64,000 bases of DNA from Lachnospiraceae bacterium (GCA_015057825.1 SVDN01000002.1:16044-80043); one strand, 5' to 3'; positions 46,069-54,153 are shown, numbered from the stretch's first letter. Program-made: numbers and translations. Notes: generated by a model not told the origin, from the sequence alone.

Positions 46069-46443
46069 ATGCGTGCAGCACTAATGGGAATATGTTTTAT
46101 ATTTATCTTTGGCTTTAGCACCATAACACAGTGCGTAATAACGGATGTGGCTACCAGGTGTGATGAAGTTAAAATGACTTTTGACGATTCCGTAAGAGAC
46201 ACGATGCAAGCCATGCTTTGCACAAAAGCTTACTCTATAGACGAAATCGATGATTTCATGGCGGATTTTATCGAAACATTTATGTTTGAAAATAGTGCAA
46301 ACAGTAAGTTTAAAATTGAAGTTAGCAGCATCGATGCCGAGGCCGGCATTGCCAATGTACAGGTATCATCTTATTTTAAAGTAGCAAGTGGCAAATGGAA
46401 ACAAATTACTGTTGAAAATGCGGTTGTATTTAACCAATGGTAA
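46069..46443 (+). CDS. Small protein with N-terminal hydrophobic segment (pseudopilin-like?)
   Basis: MRAALMGICFIFIFGFSTI then a soluble domain. Located just upstream of the Tad-type ATPase. Confidence 0.35.
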   Translation: MRAALMGICFIFIFGFSTITQCVITDVATRCDEVKMTFDDSVRDTMQAMLCTKAYSIDEIDDFMADFIETFMFENSANSKFKIEVSSIDAEAGIANVQVSSYFKVASGKWKQITVENAVVFNQW

Positions 46444-46462
46444 ACAGAAAGGAAGTGAAAAA

Positions 46463-46651
46463 ATGGGACACTTATTTCATCAGTTCAGAGGTGTGTTTAT
46501 CGCTGTAATAATTGCAATTATCATTTTGGTCATGGCGTTAGCAGTTGGTGCTTGGTTCAAGAGTAATACCACAAAGCAGCTTAACAGCTTTGATGCTATT
46601 ATTGATGAGCAAATGCAAGAAGTTAATGCGTACAAAGAAACAGGAGAATAG
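46463..46651 (+). CDS. Small single-TM protein (62 aa)
   Basis: ATG after AAAGGAAGTGA. FRGVFIAVIIAIIILVMALAVGAWF. Confidence 0.35.
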   Translation: MGHLFHQFRGVFIAVIIAIIILVMALAVGAWFKSNTTKQLNSFDAIIDEQMQEVNAYKETGE

Positions 46652-46654
46652 GAA

Positions 46655-47689
46655 ATGACAAATATATTGGAAAATTTAGATCTATCCGAAATCGAAGAGT
46701 TTCTTGAAGACGAAAACGTAACAGACATTGATTGGAATGGCGAAGATCTGTGGACAGACAACATTGTGCTTGGCCGGGTAAAACAAGAAAAGAAGTTAAG
46801 CGCTGAGTTTGTTGAAGGGCTTACAACCAAAATAGGCAATTCGCAGAATAAAACCTTAAATAAGCATAATCCGGTTCTGGAAGCAGAATCGGATACTTTA
46901 AGGTTTTCCATACTTCATGAAGAAATTACAGGCGGCCTTAGAAGCGTTTCAATAAGAAAAACGCCGGCAACAATGAGACTTTCAAAAGAAATGCTTATTG
47001 AAACAGGGTATATAACAGAGCCGCTTTTTAATTTTTTTGAAAATGCAATAAAAGCGCATTGCACTATTGTTATATGTGGTCTTCCGGCAGTTGGAAAAAC
47101 AGAATTTTTAAAGCTTCTTACCAATACTATACCGCCTTATGAGAGGGTAATAACAATAGAAGATAGGAAGGAAATCCATTACAAGCAGATTAATCCGGGA
47201 AAGGATTGTGTAGAGGTAAAGATAAGTCCAACACTTGATTTTCCTTCTGCTATATCGTTTGCATTGAGCCATAATGCCAAGTGGACTATTCTTTCCGAAG
47301 CAAGAGGTGCTGAGGTAGAATATCTTATGAATAATCTTTCTTCCGGTACATTTTGCCTTACAACGCTACATACAAACGATGTAAGGAAGATCCCGGATAG
47401 GTTGGCTAATATGTTGCCGGGCGGTGAGGAACATACACGTTTTATAAATGACGTTTATGATTTTATTGATATTGGTGTTTTGATTACTTCAAAAATTCAA
47501 AACGGTAAAAGTATTACAAGACGTATCGAACAAGTCGGACTCTTTTCAAGAGAACACGGTCAAAACCAGGTTTCGATGATTTATGATGACAACAAATTTA
47601 TCGCGGAGAATTTATCGCCGGAGATCGTAAGAAAGTTTATGAAAGCCGGCATAAAAAACCCTTATGTTGCATCCAAAGGAGAAGATTAA
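46655..47689 (+). CDS. T2SS/T4P/T4SS-family secretion ATPase (CpaF/TadA/VirB11-like)
   Basis: Walker A ICGLPAVGKTEF. Walker B/Asp box TILSEARGAE. His box TTLHTN. 344 aa. Confidence 0.8.
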   Translation: MTNILENLDLSEIEEFLEDENVTDIDWNGEDLWTDNIVLGRVKQEKKLSAEFVEGLTTKIGNSQNKTLNKHNPVLEAESDTLRFSILHEEITGGLRSVSIRKTPATMRLSKEMLIETGYITEPLFNFFENAIKAHCTIVICGLPAVGKTEFLKLLTNTIPPYERVITIEDRKEIHYKQINPGKDCVEVKISPTLDFPSAISFALSHNAKWTILSEARGAEVEYLMNNLSSGTFCLTTLHTNDVRKIPDRLANMLPGGEEHTRFINDVYDFIDIGVLITSKIQNGKSITRRIEQVGLFSREHGQNQVSMIYDDNKFIAENLSPEIVRKFMKAGIKNPYVASKGED

Positions 47690-49164
47690 TGAATAAATTT
47701 ATTGCGAAGATTGAAAGTTTGGGTTATACGTTTTCGCCTGGAACACTTATATTAATTGCCGTAATAGTTGAGGCTTTTACAGTGGGAGTGTCTTTTCTTT
47801 ATTTGTTACACTTGCCATTTGCAATAGCTCTTATGGTTTTGGGAATATTGGTTGTTCCTTCGGTATATTACTCAAGAACCAGGTATAAATACGAAGAAAA
47901 TCGCTTTTCTGCGTTATGCACATATATGGAACAGATGTGTTATTCATTTCAGACTATGCCAAAAATTTACAATGCGTTAAAAGAAACATATACTATTTTA
48001 CCTTCCGGTGAAATGAAAGCAGCTGTTAGCGCCGCTATAAAGTATTTTGAAGTGGAAAACGGCACGTATGCTGATGCCTTGAACATCATTGAGTCACGTT
48101 TTTTGTGCAAAAAACTGGCTAAATTACATAGATTTTTTATAAAAATCGAAGAAGAGGGCGGCGATTATAAATACGCATTAGGACTACTGTTAACAGATAT
48201 ATTAAAGTGGCGTGAGCGTGTACAGCTTTACCAGCAGGAAAAGAAGACATTAAAGGTAGCTTATGTGCTTGCGATAATCTTTTCATCTATCGCATGCGCA
48301 TTTGCAACACTTCTTGCAGTTGTAGGAAAAAAAGAAGGAGATCTTCTTACGACATTCTTAGATATAACCGGTGTTCCGGTATATCAGATGATAGCCTTTG
48401 TATTTATAGCAGCGTGTATTATATCATTTTATTTTATAGAAAAACGATATACAAACAGTTGGATAGAGGATAAGAAATATACAAAGTATGAGCTTATTGA
48501 CTACGACATAAGTATTAATTATGACTATATATCCGATACACGGAAAATGCTAATTCCGGCGGTTGTAATAGCCGGCGGCTCAGTGATTTTATCATTACTT
48601 TTTACGCCACTATGTTTAATTGGTTTGATTCTGGCTATTCTATTAATTGCAACGCCAAGGATAAAATACCAGGGCGCAAGACAAAGAACTGTTTCGGAGC
48701 TTAAGGCGGCTTTTTCGGAGTGGCTTGTGGATCTTGAATTAAACTTACAATTTTATAATAACCACAAAGCAATTGAAAAGTCTTTGGATTCAGCCCCGGA
48801 AATTTTGAAAAAACCGATAAAACAACTAATATTGGATATTAATGATAACTTATCGGGAATAGAACCGTTTAATAACTTTCTTGGAGAGTTTGACATCGAA
48901 GAGGTTCGCTCATCGATGCGCATGGTCTATTCCATGAAAGATTTAAATTCGGAAAACACATCAGAACTTCTTTCAACGATTGTTGATAGGAACTATGTGC
49001 TTATGGATCAGACGGAAGCGGAAAAAAATAAAACGAAAATAAGCAATCTTAAAATGCTTATTTTAACGCCTGCAGGTTTTGGAATTTTTAAACTTTCCGC
49101 AGATTTAATGATCTTTGCTGCAACTTTCTTTAATGGAATGTCAGACGTTTCACAGTTTATGTAG
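47689..49164 (+). CDS. Polytopic membrane protein, possible TadB/TadC (GspF-type) platform
   Basis: Translationally coupled to the ATPase (TAATG). Alternating TM pairs and cytoplasmic helical regions. Family not verified. Confidence 0.4.
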   Translation: MNKFIAKIESLGYTFSPGTLILIAVIVEAFTVGVSFLYLLHLPFAIALMVLGILVVPSVYYSRTRYKYEENRFSALCTYMEQMCYSFQTMPKIYNALKETYTILPSGEMKAAVSAAIKYFEVENGTYADALNIIESRFLCKKLAKLHRFFIKIEEEGGDYKYALGLLLTDILKWRERVQLYQQEKKTLKVAYVLAIIFSSIACAFATLLAVVGKKEGDLLTTFLDITGVPVYQMIAFVFIAACIISFYFIEKRYTNSWIEDKKYTKYELIDYDISINYDYISDTRKMLIPAVVIAGGSVILSLLFTPLCLIGLILAILLIATPRIKYQGARQRTVSELKAAFSEWLVDLELNLQFYNNHKAIEKSLDSAPEILKKPIKQLILDINDNLSGIEPFNNFLGEFDIEEVRSSMRMVYSMKDLNSENTSELLSTIVDRNYVLMDQTEAEKNKTKISNLKMLILTPAGFGIFKLSADLMIFAATFFNGMSDVSQFM

Positions 49165-49173
49165 GGGGTTATT

Positions 49174-49269
49174 ATGCACAATTTATTTGAAGAGTTATCT
49201 GCGTTTATGTTTGTCCCGGTCATTGTTGCGGCAATCATTGTCTTTGCGAGAATAATGATGTCGGTATAG
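49174..49269 (+). CDS. 31-aa hydrophobic peptide (pilin-like candidate)
   Basis: MHNLFEELSAFMFVPVIVAAIIVFARIMMSV. RBS GGGGG 6 nt upstream. Confidence 0.3.
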   Translation: MHNLFEELSAFMFVPVIVAAIIVFARIMMSV

Positions 49270-49280
49270 AGAGGTAGTTT

Positions 49281-49418
49281 ATGTCATATTTATATGAACA
49301 CTTTAGCAAGTTTATAGTAACCATAATTGGCGCTGTAGGTGTAATAATCGGAGCCATAATAATTTATTTGAATTTGGATTCGATTTTAAGCTTCTTTACG
49401 AAAGGATTTTTAGGATAA
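49281..49418 (+). CDS. 45-aa hydrophobic peptide
   Basis: MSYLYEHFSKFIVTIIGAVGVIIGAIIIYL... RBS GAGAGG. Stop overlaps the next start (TAATG). Confidence 0.3.
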   Translation: MSYLYEHFSKFIVTIIGAVGVIIGAIIIYLNLDSILSFFTKGFLG

Positions 49419-49756
49419 TGAGAAACATAATTGAAGGATTTATTATTATTCTTTTTATTGGTTTTATTGCGTATGCATCTCTAGGTTTCATCAATATGAA
49501 TAACCAAACAGCAGATGCAAGGGGCTTTTTAGAGTCTGCAGTAACGGATATAGAAAGAAGCGGGTTTTCTGATACGGTAATAGGCGCCTGGCAAGATAAA
49601 GCACAAGATTGCGGATATGAGCTTGTAGCGTCTGATGCATCAACGACAATTATTGATAAAAAGAAACATTGTATTGAAATACAGCTTAAATATACAGCAA
49701 ACAATCCATTCTTTAGAATTAAGGAACAAAGCACGATTAAGGAATATGCGAGGTAG
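49418..49756 (+). CDS. N-terminally anchored small protein (pseudopilin-like)
   Basis: MRNIIEGFIIILFIGFIAYASLGF then a soluble domain. In the Tad-like cluster. Confidence 0.4.
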   Translation: MRNIIEGFIIILFIGFIAYASLGFINMNNQTADARGFLESAVTDIERSGFSDTVIGAWQDKAQDCGYELVASDASTTIIDKKKHCIEIQLKYTANNPFFRIKEQSTIKEYAR

Positions 49757-49759
49757 AAT

Positions 49760-50551
49760 ATGGGCAAGTTTATAAAAGAGTATAGTGCCGTTGCAGTCGC
49801 AGTTATTGTTTCAATATTTATATTGATAGCGGCAACCAACGCATCAAAGTCTGTTAGCAACGTATCTGAAAAACAGACGGCTGCGCTTGAAAACAATGCT
49901 GCGGCTTGGCAGGTTGGTGATTCTGCAGATTTTGAAACTGTAGGAGAACTTACAGACGTAGAACAAACACAGTTAGATGCAATGCAAGCCAAGTTGGATG
50001 CAATGCAAGAGCAAATAGATAACTTTGAAGGATTTGACTTGGATAAAGCTTATCCTATTGGTTCAATTTACATTACTATGTCTTCAGCAGATCCCGCAGA
50101 TCTTATGGGTGGAACCTGGGAAAGAATGGAAGACAGAGAGTTAATTGGAGCCGGTAATCTATATACTGTTGGAAGCGAGCAAGGTAGCAGCTCCGTTAAG
50201 TTGGCAGCTACGCAGATTCCTTCTTTATCGGTAAGTGGCAGTACCAATAGTGCCGGAGCACATACTCATGTTATTGGTATGGGACCTGCCAAATGGAATT
50301 ATGGCAGTCAAGCCTGGTATTCTGATACTGTAGGGCCACCAAACCAACTTTTTGCGCCATATGGATATGGTATGGGAAGTGGTGGTCCAACAACACACGC
50401 AGGTTATTATAACCAATCAAATGGTACAAGTACATATTCTTCCGGGACTCATACACACACAGTAACAGCAAAATATACAAACAACAATCAAACATCGGTC
50501 AGTGTAATGGATCCAACCATAGCAGTTTACATGTGGAAGCGTGTTGCCTAG
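49760..50551 (+). CDS. Membrane/pilin-anchored protein with phage tail-collar-like receptor-binding domain, copy 1
   Basis: N-terminus MGKFIKEYSAVAVAVIV (G-x4-EY + hydrophobic helix). C-terminal YPIGSIYITMSSADPADLMGGTWERMEDRELIG and HxH motifs (AHTHV, THTHT), as in Gram-positive phage tail fibre/collar proteins. Confidence 0.6.
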   Translation: MGKFIKEYSAVAVAVIVSIFILIAATNASKSVSNVSEKQTAALENNAAAWQVGDSADFETVGELTDVEQTQLDAMQAKLDAMQEQIDNFEGFDLDKAYPIGSIYITMSSADPADLMGGTWERMEDRELIGAGNLYTVGSEQGSSSVKLAATQIPSLSVSGSTNSAGAHTHVIGMGPAKWNYGSQAWYSDTVGPPNQLFAPYGYGMGSGGPTTHAGYYNQSNGTSTYSSGTHTHTVTAKYTNNNQTSVSVMDPTIAVYMWKRVA

Positions 50552-50635
50552 ATTATATAGTCGCTAGTTAAAAAAGAATGTAGTATTCTTGTTGATTCTT
50601 TAATATAATAAAAGAAAAAATATATTTTCGAAAGG
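49760..50635. repeat. Duplicated segment, copy 1 (gene + downstream 65 bp)
   Basis: Near-identical to 51098..51975. The first ~130 bp are more diverged, then only a few substitutions. The ~20 bp after each stop codon differ. Confidence 0.85.
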
Positions 50636-50649
50636 AACAAGATACAAAT

Positions 50650-50826
50650 ATGCTCGTAGAAAATACAAAAGAAAATAGGGAATTACAGGAAGCGGTAGCA
50701 ACGCTAGCAATTGAAGATATGTTTGTAGAGGAAGCATTTTTGAATGAATTAATGCAAGTTTCAGAAGGAAAAAAAACGACGGAAGAGCTTAGGAGAGAGG
50801 TTATTAAAAAGTATGCAAGACGTTAA
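50650..50826 (+). CDS. VbhA-like antitoxin of a class I Fic module (58 aa)
   Basis: MLVENTKENRELQEAVATLAIEDMF... has TLAIED, resembling the (S/T)xxxE(G/N) inhibitory motif. Overlaps the fic start by 14 nt. Confidence 0.5.
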   Translation: MLVENTKENRELQEAVATLAIEDMFVEEAFLNELMQVSEGKKTTEELRREVIKKYARR

Positions 50827-51097
50827 ATACTGTTATCCTAACTCAGATGTTTTAAAAAACAAGTTAAACATTAGAAACTCAGAAGATTTATATGAGGCAG
50901 AAAAAGAACTGACATTAATTCGAATAAAGGAGCTTCAAGCGCGTCCGCTGATGGGAAAATTTGACTTTCAGCATTTAAAAAATATCCATAAATATATATT
51001 TCAAGATTTATATGAATGGGCTGGTGAGGTCAGAACTGTTGAAATTGGAAAAGGCAATCTTTTTTGTACAACAGCATGTATAAACGAATACGCTAAA
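50813..51097 (+). pseudogene. 5' fragment of a class I fic (FicT/VbhT-like) gene, fused in frame to tail-collar copy 2
   Basis: YCYPNSDVLKNKLNIRN...IHKYIFQDLYEWAGEVRTVEIGKG is the Fic N-terminal region. The ORF never reaches an HPFxxGNGR motif. Confidence 0.6.
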
Positions 51098-51889
51098 ATG
51101 GGCAAGTTTATTAAAGAGTACAGTGCTGTTGCAGTCGCAGTTATTGTGGCAATAATAATATTGATAGCGGCAGGTAACGCATCAAACTCTGTTCGTAACT
51201 TATCTGAGAAGCAGACAGCAGCACTTGAAAAAAATGCTGCGGCTTGGCAGGTTGGGGATTCTGCAGATTTTGAAACTGTAGGAGAACTTACAGACGTAGA
51301 ACAAACACAGTTAGATGCAATGCAAGCCAAGTTGGATGCAATGCAAGAGCAAATAGATAACTTTGAAGGATTTGACTTGGATAAAGCTTATCCTATTGGT
51401 TCAATTTACATTACTATGTCTTCAGCAGATCCCGCAGATCTTATGGGTGGAACCTGGGAAAGAATGGAAGACAGAGAGTTAATTGGAGCCGGTAATCTAT
51501 ATACTGTTGGAAGCGAGCAAGGTAGCAGCTCCGTTAAGTTGGCAGCTACGCAGATTCCTTCTTTATCGGTAAGTGGCAGTACCAATAGTGCCGGAGCACA
51601 TACTCATGTTATTGGTATGGGACCTGCCAAATGGAATTATGGCAGTCAAGCCTGGTATTCTGATACTGTAGGGCCACCAAACCAACTTTTTGCGCCATAT
51701 GGATATGGTATGGGAAGTGGTGGTCCAACAACACACGCAGGTTATTATAACCAATCAAATGGTACAAGTACATATTCTTCCGGGACTCATACACATACAG
51801 TAACAGCAAAATATACAAACAACAATCAAACATCGGTCAGTGTTATGGATCCAACCATAGCAGTTTATATGTGGCAGCGTGTTGCCTAG
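51098..51889 (+). CDS. Tail-collar-like protein, copy 2 (may be translated alone or as a Fic-N fusion)
   Basis: Same 263-aa architecture as 49760..50551. The internal ATG 51098 aligns with the copy 1 start. Confidence 0.55.
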   Translation: MGKFIKEYSAVAVAVIVAIIILIAAGNASNSVRNLSEKQTAALEKNAAAWQVGDSADFETVGELTDVEQTQLDAMQAKLDAMQEQIDNFEGFDLDKAYPIGSIYITMSSADPADLMGGTWERMEDRELIGAGNLYTVGSEQGSSSVKLAATQIPSLSVSGSTNSAGAHTHVIGMGPAKWNYGSQAWYSDTVGPPNQLFAPYGYGMGSGGPTTHAGYYNQSNGTSTYSSGTHTHTVTAKYTNNNQTSVSVMDPTIAVYMWQRVA

Positions 51890-51975
51890 AAGTAGTTCAA
51901 CCGACATCTTAAAAAAGAATATAGTATTCTTGTTGATTCTTTAATATAATAAAAGATAAGATATATTTTCGAAAG
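51098..51975. repeat. Duplicated segment, copy 2
   Basis: See copy 1. Confidence 0.85.
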
Positions 51976-52056
51976 AAAGCGTGTCGATGTAATTACGAAA
52001 GAAGAAGCTTTGCGCATAATGCCAAAAACTATAGAAAGGGAAAAAGGTTCTTATAT

Positions 52057-52305
52057 ATGAACGAAAACACTAGAACAAGCAATGTCGAAGAAATGTTGCC
52101 TTCTTTTTTAAAAGAATCTATTGATAAGTTTGTAGAAGGAAAAATGAAAAGCGAAGCCGACAAAAGCTATATGCAGTTTGACTGTGATTATTGCGAGCTG
52201 CAAAGTGATATAAATGTTGCGGAAGTGGAAGGAATTATTTCATCGGAAGAAGCTTGGAATTTGAGAAAAAAATATTTAGGAATTAATAAGGGAACAATAG
52301 ATTGA
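52057..52305 (+). CDS. Hypothetical 82-aa protein coupled to a HipA-like gene
   Basis: Stop overlaps the next start (ATGA). Acidic. Confidence 0.45.
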   Translation: MNENTRTSNVEEMLPSFLKESIDKFVEGKMKSEADKSYMQFDCDYCELQSDINVAEVEGIISSEEAWNLRKKYLGINKGTID

Positions 52306-53216
52306 TGATTGATTTTTCAAAATGTGAACATAAAAATAAAACATATTCGGGTGCAAATGGTAGTAAGATTTCGGTTGTTTATGATAATGGGTTGTATATG
52401 CTTAAGTTTCCGTCAAGGGCACCAAGAAATGATGATATAAGCTATAGTAACAGCTGCTTCTCTGAATATCTAGGTTGCAAGATATTTAAGGAAATTGGTA
52501 TTCCTGTTCAAGACGTAGTTTTGGGAACATATACAACAAATAAAGGTAACGAGAAAATAGTTGTAGCTTGTAAGGATTTTGCCGTAAATGGCAAAGTATT
52601 ACAGGATTTCGGATCTTTAAAAAATCAAATTGTCGATTCTGAAAACAATGGATATGGAACGGAGCTAGAAGATATTAAGGAAACATTTGAGTTACAAACC
52701 ATTGTAGATCCTATAGAATTATCAAAAAGATTTTGGGATATGTTTATTGTTGATGCTTTAATTGGAAATTGGGATAGACATAACGGAAATTGGGGATTTC
52801 TTTACGACTCTATGGCTGACAAAAACGAGTTAGCACCTGTCTTTGATTGCGGAAGTAGTTTATATCCACAGTTGGATGAAGAAAAAATGAAGCATATCCT
52901 TGTGGATGGTAAGGAAATAAAAGCAAGAGTATATAATATCCCTACATCTGCAATAAGAATAAATAGCAAAAGAATTAACTATTATAATTTCATTCTTTCC
53001 GGAGAGGAAATGGGTTGTAATGATGCATTAAAACGTATTGTTCCTAATATTGATACAGACAAGATTTTTGATATTATTGACAATATGCCAATTATAGGTG
53101 ATGTACATAAAGATTTTTATAAGCAGATGTTAATACAAAGATATAATTTGATATTGGTAAAGTCGTATAAGAACTTAAACAAACTTTACAATATTAAGAA
53201 ACCAAAAAGATTATAG
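52302..53216 (+). CDS. HipA-like kinase family protein (short form)
   Basis: IGNWDRHNGNWGFLYD and LAPVFDCGSSL correspond to the HipA_C catalytic and Mg loops. Confidence 0.65.
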   Translation: MMIDFSKCEHKNKTYSGANGSKISVVYDNGLYMLKFPSRAPRNDDISYSNSCFSEYLGCKIFKEIGIPVQDVVLGTYTTNKGNEKIVVACKDFAVNGKVLQDFGSLKNQIVDSENNGYGTELEDIKETFELQTIVDPIELSKRFWDMFIVDALIGNWDRHNGNWGFLYDSMADKNELAPVFDCGSSLYPQLDEEKMKHILVDGKEIKARVYNIPTSAIRINSKRINYYNFILSGEEMGCNDALKRIVPNIDTDKIFDIIDNMPIIGDVHKDFYKQMLIQRYNLILVKSYKNLNKLYNIKKPKRL

Positions 53217-53220
53217 GTAT

Positions 53221-53565
53221 ATGGAAGAAAAGAAATTAAGTAAGAGACAAGAAAAAGTAAACGTTTTACAGCCTATATTATGTCCGTTTTGCGGCGGTTT
53301 GATTAGCATTACAGAATTATCATTTGGTTGTCAAAATTGCAATAGTTTTTTTGACAGATCCAAAAACGATGTTAGCCAGGTTTTAAACCGGGCCTTAACA
53401 GAAGAAGAAATTTCGGATCTATTCAGCATCAGGGGATTAAAGGTTGTAGTTGATAATTCACTTAAATATGAAGCATATAATTTTAAGGCAAATACACGTT
53501 TTGAGAATCCTGAGATAGAAACCATACCGCTAAAAAAACAAAAGCGAAGACACTTTAGATTTTAA
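53221..53565 (+). CDS. Zinc-ribbon protein
   Basis: CPFCGG...CQNC four-Cys ribbon. 114 aa. Confidence 0.45.
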   Translation: MEEKKLSKRQEKVNVLQPILCPFCGGLISITELSFGCQNCNSFFDRSKNDVSQVLNRALTEEEISDLFSIRGLKVVVDNSLKYEAYNFKANTRFENPEIETIPLKKQKRRHFRF

Positions 53566-53615
53566 AAAATATTGTCGCGCGCGCACACCTTAGTGCGTGC
53601 GTTTTTTTGTACAAT
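53564..53615 (+). promoter_or_regulatory. Conserved ICE promoter module copy 6
   Basis: aaaaaatATTGTCGCGCGCGCACACCTTAG. TACAAT at 53610, 32 bp after TTGTCG (53572). Confidence 0.6.
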
Positions 53616-53640
53616 TAAGGAAAAGAAAGGAAGTGAAATA

Positions 53641-54153
53641 ATGCCGGAAAATTTTATTGTATTACAAAACCCGGAAGATTTAGTTGACTGGGCAAACAAA
53701 GGAAGTGCAGCAAGCATATCTTTGGAAGAAGCACAAATCATGTTTGATTACGCAAAGAGTAAAGAATTGGATCTTGCGGTTAATACCTCAAATCAGTCTC
53801 TTTATTTAATCGACCAGGACGAGATTTATGCGACAAACTATGACGAAGTGGTGGATTATATGTGCCAGCTAAATTTTGACACATTAAACACTTTAAAAGA
53901 AAGTATGAGCACTGCTTCTGAAGAAGAAAAGATTCTTAACAACATGTTTTGGAAAACAAAAAATGGTATAACGCTTGCAGCTATTATAGAATCTAAACCG
54001 ATTGTAGTTTTTGAAGGCGAAATGGATGAGAAGATAAAGGAAAGTGCAAAAGAGCAAATAGAAGCATCTTACGTAACACAAAATATGCGCGAAGAGAGAA
54101 AGCGACAAGAAATTGAAAGAGAAGAAAATAAGAAAAGGAGTGCGAAACTATGA
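53641..54153 (+). CDS. Hypothetical protein (170 aa)
   Basis: ATG after AAAGGAAGTGA. The tracked longer start lies in the promoter module. Confidence 0.45.
   Translation: MPENFIVLQNPEDLVDWANKGSAASISLEEAQIMFDYAKSKELDLAVNTSNQSLYLIDQDEIYATNYDEVVDYMCQLNFDTLNTLKESMSTASEEEKILNNMFWKTKNGITLAAIIESKPIVVFEGEMDEKIKESAKEQIEASYVTQNMREERKRQEIEREENKKRSAKL

Noticed and set aside
49396-49992. 198-aa minus-strand ORF (and its partial twin 51001..51330) opposite the pilin-like and tail-collar genes
   Set aside because: It is antisense to two coupled plus-strand genes with RBSs. The twin exists only because the locus is duplicated. No independent support.
50813-51889. Tracked 358-aa ORF as a bona fide full-length Fic-domain protein
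   Set aside because: Only the first 95 aa resemble Fic and the HPFxxGNGR motif is absent. From residue 96 on it is a copy of the 49760 gene, so it is treated as a fic remnant fused to a duplicated gene. The fusion may still be expressed.
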